Shown: piece by piece, positions 29,102-42,901 of the stretch
How the letters are laid out: each line of letters starts with the position of its first letter
Numbering within the stretch: position 1 is the first letter of the stretch
Assembly: GCA_951406725.2 (NCBI GenBank)
Contig: OX597831.1
Span: 5,146,001-5,210,000, forward strand
Length of the DNA stretch: 64,000 bases
Direction: 5' to 3'
Origin: Octopus vulgaris
Taxonomy: Eukaryota
Notes under the pieces: model-generated
What the model saw: the letters and a program-made list of their open reading frames with translations, nothing else
Told to the model about the DNA's origin: nothing
Databases searched by the model: none
Translations under genes and position numbers: made by a program

Positions 29102-29487
29102 TCTTTATATATAAAAGTAAGGCTGTGTGTCTGTCTACTCCGATTTAGATTCCTAACTGCCCCCACATTTTGCGGTGCATTTTAACAAAAACCGGGTATC
29201 TTATAGTCGTGATTCATATCGAGCCCTTCTGGGTATTAGCGCGCGTCTACGATGAGTCTACGATTTTTAAAATAATTTACCATCATTTTTTTTCCATTTT
29301 AATGCATACTTTTTTTAAATATAAGGGAAGTAACTCTCTAAAAATGTCTACGATGAGTCGACGATTTTTAAAAAAATTTACCATCATATTTTTTCCATTT
29401 TTTTGCTATTTTTTGGTTATAACTCTCTAAAAATGCTTTATAGTTATTTCCCTTACAAACCCGAGCAACGCCGGGCGATACTGCTAG
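29102..29487 (+). mobile_element. Non-autonomous Helitron
   Basis: 5' TC after host A; subterminal hairpin CCCG-AGCAACGC-CGGG; 3' CTAG before host T; no TSD; internal direct repeat TCTACGATGAGTC...AATTTACCATC. Confidence 0.85.
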
Positions 29488-29999
29488 TATGAAATAAAGC
29501 AAGATTTGGAAAGATGCTACAAGGGTTTGTATGCTTACATAACATGTCAACCCCTATCTATATTCTACGTCGACTTATATGCCGGTAAGTACAATATTCT
29601 TCCGATGTAATTTGCATGCACAGTATAAAGCTCTATAAATTAGTTTATTGAGCCTTGTTGTAAGCGGCGGCCTCGCAAAATAGTCCTTCATGTGTTAGAC
29701 TTATTAAGCCTTCTAGTTTAATTTGAGACGCTGGACGTGACTACATTTTGGTGAGATTCCTCTGTTGCATATATATTTGGGTTAGGTATCGTGCTTAAGA
29801 AATACCTACCACTTTTCTTCCATTAATCTTGGCTGACATGGAAATAAGGGTCAGGTACATTGCACCTCATTCCCAGAGGAAACAGCAAAGAATGTGGTGG
29901 GGTTTTAAATTTTACTCTTATTTTCTGATTGTTCAAAAAATTTGCTTAGATTTCTCGTTCAATATATAGCCTCTTGATATTCTTATTTTACATTCATTA

Positions 30000-30058
<59 letters not shown>

Positions 30059-30087
30059 TTTGCTCTTTCTCTCTCTCTCTCTCTCTC

Positions 30088-30165
<78 letters not shown>

Positions 30166-30360
30166 AGAAAAAAGCAACAAGAATGGTCTTCGTATGAAAC
30201 AATTGTACTGAAAAACTAATCCATTCTTGTTGCTTTTTTCTAGTTTATAATCACCCCACATTATTTTATGGTTAATACCATATAGATTTCTGGTGCATCT
30301 AAGTTAAGTACCGCATTCATGTGAATTCAATAGAACTCACTTGAATCTTAATTGCTTTTA

Positions 30361-30426
<66 letters not shown>

Positions 30427-30493
30427 TGTATACATATATATGTATGTATATATATATATATATATATACATACATACACATATACACACGCGC

Positions 30494-30555
<62 letters not shown>

Positions 30556-30992
30556 CGTTTAATGTTCACAGTATATTGTAATGGGCTACTAATAATTTCA
30601 TACACGGAAGATTTTATCTAGGCAGGTTTCAAAACACGCCTAGCATCTCCAAGCAATCTACAGGCTCTGGGCACATGGACTATGTAATAGCATTTTCCAT
30701 GTATGAAACTATTAGTTGCTCATAACTCTGTACTGCTTACATTAAACAATATTTACCTCTCATCAGATGGTGTACATTTCTTTTTTGTTGATCTTACCGT
30801 AACAGAAAAGTAAACTCTGTGTGTGTGTGTGTGTATGGGAGGGGGGGTGTCCACGCGTACACTCATCAGTTGCGCTAACCAGTTCAAATATATCAGAGAG
30901 GTAGCTGAAACCTTAAAAAGGCTTTTCGCAGCAGTTTGTCAGGTTTTTGACAGTTTCAAATATCAGTCAAACATTTTCGAACTGGTATCAGG

Positions 30993-31025
<33 letters not shown>

Positions 31026-32547
31026 TCACACTTGTAAATTGGTTTCAAGAAGGAGTAAGTCGAATTCATTGTCCACCAGTGCTTAACTGGTACTTATTTT
31101 ATCGACCCCGAAATGGCTGAAAGCCAAAGTGAACTTAATTTCAGTTCAGAACGTAAAGACAGATGAAATGCCGCTAAGTGCTTTTGCCGGTGTTCCAACA
31201 ATTCTGCCGGCCCCTCCCCTTATATATATATATATTTATATATTAATGGTATATAAATATATATACTCACATATATATTACGGGTATAAAAATGCATCCT
31301 GAATGAACAGTCTCTTAAAAGTATTACGAAGCTACATATTGAAATGATTACATAATTATATAATATAGATCTTTGTTCATAGATATAAATATGTGGACAC
31401 ATGATACCTTCATCAGCGGAACTGCAAAACGGAGTTGCTTTCTGCATAGAGGTGTTTATAAATATCAAAACCATCGTATGAACCTCTTTCCGGTGCTGCT
31501 TATGTAGGCATCACGCGTTTTTATATTTCCAGAAATCTCTGATTACTAGAAACATGACCATATACGATATTTTATGCAGTTATTTCAATATGCAACCTTA
31601 TTTTATTTTCAAGTGCCCCTTCCTTTTAGTTGTATTTCATATAACGTTATATTATTGCTCTAAATCCGACATTCTCTCTTTCATTGAGCTCTGCTAAATT
31701 ATGGAGGTTTAAGAAAGTGACTCTTAGCTATGAATCCAACAAATGGCAAATAATATGGCCCTCTAAATAAGCAAAAATAGAAAAAAAAATCTAGGTTAAG
31801 GCTTCGATTCTTAGCAGATGTGTACTTTCTAGAAAGTGATTTTATCTGAGATTGTGTATTGACACTAAATGAGATACAGCGCGGAATAAATCCCAAAAAC
31901 TCACGCAAGGATTATAACTTCAGCATTTATTAGTCGCTGTTAAAATTTTCCTCATGCGTATTGTAACCTGGTCACTGACACATTTCCACTGCATTTTGGT
32001 TGCGGTAAGGTTGTTGATAGACATGTATAAGTTTTAGAGTTCTGCTAAATTAAGTTTGCACCAAACAACTATATGTTCCTTCTAATTGTGATGTATTTGT
32101 TCCTGAAATTACTCTAGCAGAGGCACTACGGTGTCCATGTAGTTCTGTAGAAGCTCTAAGTGCACAAATGTGACCATCCCCTGAGAAGATATAAAAACGT
32201 TAACAGGCGCAGGAGTGGCGATATATATATATATATCACGTGACCGACCAGACAATCAGATGTTTGTGTACACATCGTATGTCACATATGTGTTCGCATT
32301 GTTTATATTCGATATATACCCCGCTGGCTAAGCGAGCAGGCCAACAGATAGATAGATATCAATATGTATAAGAGTGGTGTATATATATACATACATACAC
32401 CCCTGCCGGATATATATATATATATCAAGGCGTGGATATGTGGTAAGAAGCTCAAAACGCCCGGTTCAGTCGAAACTGCGTGGTACCTACGACCGCGAGT
32501 GTCTTCTAACCATACCTCACACACACACACACACAGGCTTTGGTAGG

Positions 32548-32592
<45 letters not shown>

Positions 32593-32821
32593 GTATAAAT
32601 GTCTGTGTATATGTATTCAAACATATAAGCTTGATGGCCATGTTGGGACATTACGTCTCACTAGAAAGTTGCAGCCAGGGAAAGAGACCACTAGAATAAG
32701 TACTAAGCTTGAAATAGAATAGAGAAATAAAAACGTTTACCTAAAGGCAGTGCTCCTTTCTGGACTGCATAGTCAAATGACTGAAACAAATAAAAAATAA
32801 AAGAATATATATGTGTATTTA

Positions 32822-32869
<48 letters not shown>

Positions 32870-33127
32870 GGGACCTAACAAAAGAAAGAAAGCGGAAGTC
32901 TTTAAAGTAGACTGGATCTCTTCCTGTCACGTGTCCCGGATGAACCAACTTCACGGCAGGAGGTGCAGATGAGAGCAGCTGCATCGAACTCTCTCATGCA
33001 CCAAATGGCAGTTGCTAAAAAGCATTTGTGAAGTAAAATCATGTAGCAACACCAAATGGCGGTGCCCCAGCATGGCCACAGCTCGTGAGCTGAAACTAGA
33101 TAAAATAAAATTAAAATAAATAAATAA

Positions 33128-33185
<58 letters not shown>

Positions 33186-33188
<3 letters not shown>

Positions 33189-33312
33189 GGAGTAAACACA
33201 TAAATGTGAAACAAGGTGGAAAAAAGAGTACTCAAATACCAGTGGTAGAGTAATATGCTTTATTTAAAGCAGCAGAAGATTCAACTGAATTTTCTGCTGC
33301 TTTAAATAAAGT
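33186..33312. mobile_element. Short (TA)n-inserted element ending in a fold-back hairpin
   Basis: CTTTATTTAAAGCAGCAGAA ... TTCTGCTGCTTTAAATAAAG inverted repeat. Confidence 0.6.
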
Positions 33313-33342
33313 ACGTATACGTATATATATATATATATATTT

Positions 33343-33636
<294 letters not shown>

Positions 33637-33656
33637 TAATATATATAATATATATA

Positions 33657-33697
<41 letters not shown>

Positions 33698-34281
33698 GTT
33701 ACCATCCCGGTTGTATTCTTCCGAAACACAGATCCAAAAGACATCTCAAATTGTTTACTGGACGATTTCAACATCAGCAACAGGGTATTTGCATATGTAT
33801 TTTTGTATGTATGTATGTATGTGCAGATTTGTATGTTTTATGTATGCATTCTCATGCATATAGTTGCATATCTATACATGCTCGCATATATTTAAATGAT
33901 AAACTTCAAGAACGTTTTACAGATTTTTACAGTTCCAGTGATGGATTGGATTTATAGTCTTAGACGTATAAATTTCTCCTTTCTGGTTGTAAAATTGCGA
34001 ACAAGCATACATTTATTATTCATAGATCTTCGCATTTATTTAGGAAATCAGGGTGATTTCTATGATAATCTTATAAACTGACGAGTCCCAATTGAATTTA
34101 ACCCTAGGCGCTATCAATCTGACGAGCATCTATAATGCAAAATCGCTGTGATCTGGCTATGCCTAGGCGTGAGGGAGCTGTCATCCCCTGTCAGTCATTA
34201 AAATAAGGTGCTTCTTGTGGTTATGAGTTGATTTAACTCTTATTTCTAGCAATACCAGTGCTGCCCAGTGCCCTCAGTCAC

Positions 34282-34347
<66 letters not shown>

Positions 34348-34435
34348 CTGAAATTTATAGAAAAACTAAAGACGAAGACAGGTGTATGAACAACAATAAG
34401 GTGTATTAGTTTGACGCTCGGGAAAGTGAAAAAGT

Positions 34436-34471
34436 CTTTTACATTTCGAGCTTAAGCTCTTCGACAGAAAG
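34436..34471 (-). ncRNA. Degenerate minimal hammerhead (A6U) in a TA-flanked element (~34345-34540)
   Basis: Minus strand CUUU-CUGUCGA-A-GAGC-UUAA-GCUC-GAA-AUGU-A-AAAG. Confidence 0.5.
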
Positions 34472-34818
34472 GAATAAGAGAAAATAAACAGAGAGAGAAT
34501 AAAAGGAATGTGGATTTAGTAATCAAGCATGGCGACGACGATCTGGCAGAAACGTTAGCACGCCGGGCGAAATGCTTAGCAGTATTTCGTCTGTCTTTAC
34601 GTTCTGAGTTCAAATTCCGCCGAGCTCGACTATGCCTTTCATCCTTTCGGTTTCAATAAATTATGTACCGGTTGTGTACTAGGGTCGATCTAAAAAATGA
34701 TTAGAAAAACTGTACGAAAGATTAGGTTGAAAGAAGGGGAGATAATAAAATATATAAAATATTGATCCCAAAACGAAGGTGCGCGTGCGTGTGTGTATGT
34801 GAGAATATGTAAGTGTAA

Positions 34819-34849
<31 letters not shown>

Positions 34850-35243
34850 CATACACACAGCACTATCACATATGTATCTCACAGGAGGCACCTCTGTTGA
34901 ATGATGATATCTTGTACAGTTTTTATTATCCGCCGTTTTTATCATTTGACTACAAGAATGAAGTTCCTTTCTTACTGTATGGTTTTCATTTACCAAGAAC
35001 GCGTACTAGTTGAAAATATAGAATTATACCCCTTACATGCAAAGTTTAGGGATATCTTTAAATTGTGTGGATATTCTCAAATGATTGAAGTTTTTCCACT
35101 CTCTGTATTATGTGAGATCCTGCACTCACTCTCCACCACACACACACATACACACACACATACACATACACACACACACAAACACAAACTGAATTGACAG
35201 TGATTTGAGGCTGCCTTTGTGGTGACTTACCCAATTAGTAATT

Positions 35244-35568
35244 CTTTATTTATTTATGCGCCCTTTTCAAGCCTAGCCAGGCTCATGGGCCCGGTTTCCC
35301 AGTCTCTGTGACGTATGTGTTCCCCCCCCCCAGTTGGACGGGACGCCAGTCCATCGCAGCATTACTCAAGAAACAGGAAGAAATATTGAGAGAAAGTAGG
35401 GGCGAAAGAGTACAACAGGGGTCGCCACCACCCCTTGCCGGAGCCTCGTGGAGCTTTAGGTGCTTCCGCTCAATAAACACACACAACGCCCGCTCTTGGA
35501 ATCGAAACCGCGATCCTCCGACCTCTGGGCCATTGCGTCTCCAATAATTGGACCATTGCGCCTCCACT
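35244..35568 (-). mobile_element. SINE family C with the D-family tail; 11-bp TSD
   Basis: TSD AATTAGTAATT at 35233-35243 and 35569-35579; tail matches 38706-38830. Confidence 0.87.
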
Positions 35569-35800
35569 AATTAGTAATTAGAACGTTTTATAATAAAAAC
35601 TTCCAAATTTTGACACAACTTGCGCAAAGGGTTTCGTCGTTTATATATATTATTAATGGTGTGTGTATATAATATTAATACTTTATTTTAACAACCCAGA
35701 AAGAAAGGAGTGCAAAGTTAACCTCGACAGAATTTGAAACCAGAATCTAGCGCACTGGAAGAAATGCAGCTAAGCGTTTTATCCGGTGTGCTAACGATTC

Positions 35801-36951
35801 TTATTTCTTTATTGCCCATAAGGGTCTAAACATAGAGGGGACAAACAAGGACAGAAAAAGGGGTTACGTCGATAATATCGACCCCAGTGCGCAACTGGTA
35901 CTTAATTTATCGACCCCGAAAGGATGAAAGGCAAAATCGACCTCTGCGGAATTTGAACTCAGAACGTAACGGCTGACGAAATACGTATTTCCTTACTACC
36001 CACAAGGGGCTAAACACAGAGGGGACAAACAAGGACAGACAAACGGATTAAGTCGATTATATCGACCCCAGTGCGTAACTGGTACTTATTTAATCGACTC
36101 CGAAAGGATGAGAGGCAAAGTCGACCTCGGCTAAATTTGAACTCAGAACGTAGCGGTAGACGAAATACCTATTTCTTTACTACCCACAAGGGGCTAAACA
36201 CAGAGAGGACAAACAAGGACAGACAAACGGATTAAGTCGATTATATCGACTCCAGTGCGTAAATGGTACTTATATAATCGACCCCGAAAGGATGACAGGT
36301 AAAGTCGACCTCGGCGGTTTTTGGAACTCAGAACGTAGCGGCAGACGAAATACCTATTCCTTTACTACCCACAAGTGGCTAAACACAGAGGGGACAAACA
36401 AGGACAGACAAACGGATTAAGTCGATTATCAACCCCAGTGCGTAACTGGTACTTATTTAATCGACCCCGAAAGGATGACAGGCAAAGTCGACCTCGGCGG
36501 AATTGGAACTCAGAACGTAGCGGCAGACGAAATACCTATTCCTTTACTACCCACAAGTGGCTAAACACAGAGAGGACAAACAAGGACAGACAAACGGATT
36601 AAGTCGATTATATCGACCCCAGTGCGTAACTGGTACTTATTTAATCGACCCCGAAAGGATGACAGGCAAAGTTGACCTCGGCGGAATTTGAACTCAGAAC
36701 GTGAAGACAGACGAAATACCTATTTCTTTATTACCCACAAGGGGCTGAACATAGAGGGGACAAACATGGACAGACATAGGTATTAAGTCGATTATATCGA
36801 CCCCAGTGCTTAACTGGTACTTATCTAATCGACCCCGAAAGGATGACAGGCAAAGTCGACCTCGGCGGAATTTGAACTCAGAACGTAGCGACGGACGAAA
36901 TACCGCTAAGCATTTCGCCCGGCGTGCTAACGATTCTGCCAGCTCACCGCT
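35801..36951 (-). mobile_element. SINE family B tandem array (~6 units of ~183 bp) abutting an older B head at ~35690-35800
   Basis: Repeated CAGACGAAATACC|TATTTCTTTACTACCCACAAG junctions; single full head at ~36900-36951. Confidence 0.9.
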
Positions 36952-37109
36952 TTAGATCTTACCCTGTGTATTAAATGCATCTCACAAATTCGATTCTACA
37001 GGAAATATTTGGACCTTTCATGAGATCATGTCTGTTCTTTTATAATTTAACAGCCCAAACGTTAATACTGATGTGTGTGTGTGTGCGTGTAACATTGTGG
37101 GAGCGCTTG

Positions 37110-37155
<46 letters not shown>

Positions 37156-37627
37156 TGTGTGTGTGCGTATGCGCGCGCCTGTGTGTATCAAACTTCTACA
37201 AACACACCATTAATATGAAAATAATCCTATGCATTAAGTAATAAAGTGTTTTTGATAAGTGTGTGAGCCATAGCAATGATTATTTAACCTCTGTCAGTAA
37301 TTCCACATCTAATGTAATAACAGTTTAACAGTATAACGGTTTGACAGAATAAACTGCAGAATAGCAGAATGACGAATATGGTTCTATGCTTGGTTTCTTC
37401 ACTTCCTTTACTTTTCCTTTCAACTGAGATTAACCGTTTCAGATTACAAAATATCTCAGAAGATTTATGATTAAAGTTTGATGTGACACGTGAGAGGGGG
37501 TTATTCCCACTATTGCACTATTACTGCAGTATATAACTGTAGATATATATATATATATATGTATATATAAAATGTATATATGTATTATGTATTATTATGT
37601 GCGTGCGCATACACAATTACCGCTAGT

Positions 37628-37643
37628 ATACATACATACATGC

Positions 37644-37674
<31 letters not shown>

Positions 37675-37816
37675 CATACATACATACATACATACATACG
37701 TACGTACGTACGTACGTGCATTCATACATACATACATACACACATACATACATACACACATACATACATGCACACATACATACATACATACATACATACA
37801 TACATACATACATACA

Positions 37817-37850
<34 letters not shown>

Positions 37851-38243
37851 CATGCATGCATACATACATATATACATGCATGCATACATACATACCTACA
37901 TACATACATACCTACATACATATATACATACATACCTACATACATACATACCTACATACATACACACATACATACAGACACACATACATACATACATACA
38001 TACACACATACATACATACATACATACATGCATACACACATACATACATACATACATACATATGTACGTACGTACATACATACATACATACATACATACA
38101 TACATGCATGCATACATACATACATACATACATACATACATACATACACACACACACATACATACATACATACATACATACATACATACATACATACACA
38201 CATACATACATACATACATACATACATACATACATACATACAT
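37628..38243. repeat. (TACA)n microsatellite
   Basis: Direct reading. Confidence 0.97.
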
Positions 38244-38244
38244 A

Positions 38245-39550
38245 CAGGGTGCTCAAAAATATGTATACACACTTTAACAGCTGATAACCCAGATTTTAAT
38301 TTTTATTTTTTTTTAGATTTAACCCATTTGTAATAATGAAAGGAACCAGACTAAGATCTGAACAATGGAAATTTTCTCCTAAACTTCTACTGGAAGTTTT
38401 CAAAACGTCGTAGAAATGCAAAAAACAGTTGAGAAAGGAGTTTCAAAGAATTATATCTACGCGACTTACTACCATTTGAATTAGCAAAACTAAATTGTTC
38501 AGATTCTCCAGAAGGAACGTTCTGAAAGGGCGCAGATATCGACGGATGTACAAGAAGCGTTTTGTTAGAATTAAGAAGCGCAAGGTTTCATTCAAAGAAT
38601 GCTCTCAATGAAGAGGATCCAAACCGTAGAAGGGAATTTGTGAGTGGTCTTTGGCAAGATGTGCAGAAGATGCACATTTGCCAACATAGATTGTATGGAG
38701 TTATGAAATAAATATAATAAACGCACCCTTTGAAAGCCTAGCCAGGCTCATGGGCCCGGTTTCCCGATTTCCATGGCGTATGTGTTCCCAAGCTGGATGA
38801 GATGCCAGTCAATCGCAACGTTACTAATTTTTGCCAGCTGAGTGGACTGGAGCAACGTGAAATGAAGTGTTTTGCTCAAGAACACAACGCGTCTTCCGGT
38901 CCAGGAATCGAAACCACAATCTTACAATCATGATGCTGACAGCCTAACCACTAAGCCACGCGCCTCCACACATACATACATACATACATACATACATACA
39001 TACATACATACATACATACATACATACATAAAAAAATAAAATTAATGCGCCCTTTTAAAGCATAGCCAGGCTCATGGGCCCGGTTTCCTGGTTTCTGTGG
39101 TGTATATGTTCCCCAACTGGACGGGTCGCCAGTCCATCGCAGCGTTACTTATTTTTGCCAGCTGAGTGGACTGGAGCAACGTGAAATGAAGTGTTTTGCT
39201 CAAGAACACAACGCGTCGCCCGGTCCAGGAATCGAAACCACAATCTTACGATCATGATGCTGACACCCTAACCACTAAGCCACGCGCCGTGGAGTTATGG
39301 GGAGACATTAAAATTAAGGAGACCTATTAATCGCCACAATTACAACTCCGAGGAAACTAAGAATCAGCGATTTACTTTGGAACATCATGTTAATTTGCCA
39401 GGAGTTACATTATGGCACAGCTTACCAAAAGAATTAAATAGACCATTCTTTTTTGACAGTACTACAGTGACTGGCCTCATTAATGCGAATTTGCTGTAAT
39501 AATTTGCTGTGTGAGAAATTCAAGAGGACTTTGAAGGCATGGAGTTTGCT
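38245..39550 (+). mobile_element. Tc1/mariner-superfamily transposon fossil interrupted by a SINE dimer
   Basis: TA|CAGGGTG start; transposase traces LNEEDPNRRREF, IVWSY (cf. IVWSDE), INRHN, PGVTLW, PFFFD..VTG. Confidence 0.65.
38706..39289 (-). mobile_element. Dimer of SINE D copies separated by (TACA)n and enclosed by one TSD
   Basis: TSD TGGAGTTATG at 38696-38705 and 39290-39299. Confidence 0.87.
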
Positions 39551-39636
39551 TCGAGTATACATACATACATACATACATACATACATACATACAAACATAC
39601 ATACATACATTCATACATACATACATTCATACATAC

Positions 39637-39667
<31 letters not shown>

Positions 39668-40162
39668 CAAACATACATACATACATACATATATACATGC
39701 ACACATATATAGACGGTATAACTGTTCGCGCAGTGCTGTGGTTGTATGCTTACCAGGAACAGTGTGCCACCGGATATATTTAGATAACTTGCTAGTTTTC
39801 TTTTACTCTAGAATAGAACTTGAGGGTGACATAGCTACTGTTTCTCACACGTACAGTACCCTTTGTTGTCAAGGTGACTATGAGGAAGTCTACCCGAAAT
39901 ACAAGGCTTGCCTAAACAAAGATATCTTTTGTAAATTTAATTACTTCAGTTGCTAATTTAATTAAGTCATAGAGTACGTTCAATGATCATGAAGCAATCA
40001 TTTCATTCATTAAGCAAAAATTATTATCTATTAATATTTTTGTTAACGCCATTAATAAATAAAATTCACTATTATGACATTATCATTATTATTGCTATTG
40101 TTGTTGTCATTTTGTTGTTGTTGCTGTTGTTGTTGTTGTTCTTCTTCTTCTTATTATTATTA

Positions 40163-40227
<65 letters not shown>

Positions 40228-40362
40228 GTTATTATTATCAAATTGCTTATAACAACGTTTAATCAAATAATTGATATTGTTGTTGTTATTCTAATCGTCA
40301 TAATCTTCGTCGCAGCCCTCTAACATTTCATCACCATCATTATCGTCATCATCATCATCATT

Positions 40363-40393
<31 letters not shown>

Positions 40394-40575
40394 ACAGCAT
40401 TGTCGACATTATCGTGAATAACACCGCCCACTTTATCTTTTATGAACAAACCTCAATCAAAACTTAAAATCTTTCCACGTGACACAAGTTCATTCGGTGA
40501 TGGTTGTTGGCAATTTGTGGGCCGGTCACCATACACACATACGTACATACATACAAATAGAGACGTACGCGCACA

Positions 40576-40617
<42 letters not shown>

Positions 40618-40875
40618 CTTGCATATACATTCATAGACATACGTATACGTATGCAGTTATAGGTTGTGTGTGTATATGTACATACGTAAGCATATACATA
40701 CACAAATACACATACGCACACATACATATTGGTAGTCATACATATATGTGTGCACATGTGCATGCAAAATTATGTGCATACATGCCCATATATACATACG
40801 CATCTGCACACATATACACTTATATACATACATATAGATACATATATATTTGTATATACATATATATATAACATA

Positions 40876-40934
<59 letters not shown>

Positions 40935-41039
40935 GTATATATATATGTGTGTGTGTATGTGTATATAACATATATATACATACATGTATATTCATATATA
41001 TATATGCACTCACATATATATATATTGATACTTACGTAG

Positions 41040-41254
41040 TCTTTTACTCTTTTACTTATTTCAGTCAATTGACTGTGGCCATGCTGGAGCACCGCCTTTT
41101 TGTCGAGCATATCGACCCCCAGGACTTATTCTTTGTAAGCCTAGTACTTATTCTATCGGTCTCTGCTGCCGATCCGCTAAGTTACGGAGACGTAAACACA
41201 CCAGCATCAGTTATCAAGCGATGTTGGGTGACAAACATAGACATATACACACAC

Positions 41255-41306
<52 letters not shown>

Positions 41307-41379
41307 AATAATGAAGGGTGAAATTAATTAATTTGGAATAATTATCAATTACACCAAGTAGTCTTCGGCATGTAAAAGC

Positions 41380-41461
<82 letters not shown>

Positions 41462-41469
41462 TATATATA

Positions 41470-41530
<61 letters not shown>

Positions 41531-41692
41531 GACGAGCTTCTTTCAGTTTCCGCCTACCAAATCCACTCACCAGGCTTTGTCGGCCCGAGGCTATAGTTGA
41601 AGACACTTGGCCAAGGTGCCACGCAGTGGGACTGAACCCGGAACTATGTGGTTGGTAAGCAAGCTACTTACCACACACCCACTCCTACGCCT
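41040..41692 (-). mobile_element. SINE family A with an ~80-bp insert (41304-41382) in its central (TA)n
   Basis: Insert TAATGAAGGGTGAAATTAATTAAT...CCAAGTAGTCTTCGGCAT resembles the terminus of the 19348/33343 family. Confidence 0.85.
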
Positions 41693-42194
41693 ATGTATAT
41701 ATACATACATATAAACACACACACACACACACCCATATATATGTATATATGTATTTATGTATGTAGACATACATACAAATACATGTGTGTATGTGTGTAT
41801 GTATGTGTGTGTGTGCGTGTGTGTGTGTACTTGAAAGTTTTTTTGTAGGTTAATTATGCGAAGAAGAATATTTCACATACGCAAACACATACACACAAAT
41901 ACACATACACACTCACATACGCAGAAATAGATAAGGGTATACAGTGTGTGTATCCATACACAAGACCCGGTATTTGGTGTATCTTATCAATCTACATTTT
42001 GATGTTGTTGTTGTTGTTGTTGTTGTCGTAATTATTAAAGAAATATTCAGATATGATTCTTCCTTCATATATTCATTGAACATCCAGATAATCCTACGCC
42101 TCTATGTGTGCATACATACGCACATACACATACATGTATAGACAAAGACATACATACACACATACATACATACATACATACATACATACATACA

Positions 42195-42256
<62 letters not shown>

Positions 42257-42493
42257 TATATATATGTATATATGTATGTATGTATATGTATATATATATA
42301 TATATACTTATGCATATATGTACGGGTATATATATATATAAGTATGTATGTATATATACGTGTATACAGAAGTACAGTGGTACACGCCTTAATTATACTT
42401 GCTCACTAGACGTGAATTAATCCGATAAATGAAACTGCATTCAACAATTATGCTTTACTGTTGTATATTAACATTACCGTATTAATACATCTA

Positions 42494-42581
<88 letters not shown>

Positions 42582-42592
42582 CATTATTATTA

Positions 42593-42634
<42 letters not shown>

Positions 42635-42901
42635 GTTATTATTATTATTGTTATTATTATTATCAATACTATTATAACTTTATTATCATCATCATCATCG
42701 TTATTATTATTAGTATTATTACTATCGTCATAAAGGCGGTGCGCTGGCAAAGTCATTTGCATGCCGGGAAAAAATGCAGAGCAGTTATTTCGTCCGTCTT
42801 TCCGTTCTGAGTTCAAATGCCGCTGAGGTCGACTTTGCTCCTCATCAGTTCGGCTTCGATGAAATAATTATCCGTCTAGCACCGGGGCTGATGTAATCGT
42901 C

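Noticed and set aside
31360-31420. Minus-strand CUGAUGA motifs at ~31409 and ~30760
   Set aside because: Could not build convincing stems II and III with a GAAA.
34890-35110. Possible degenerate GIY-YIG endonuclease on the minus strand
   Set aside because: Only faint resemblance across stops and frameshifts; not supportable without a profile search.
35801-36951. CRISPR-like regular array
   Set aside because: Whole ~183-bp units are homologous, with no unique spacers and no cas genes; eukaryotic SINE multimer.
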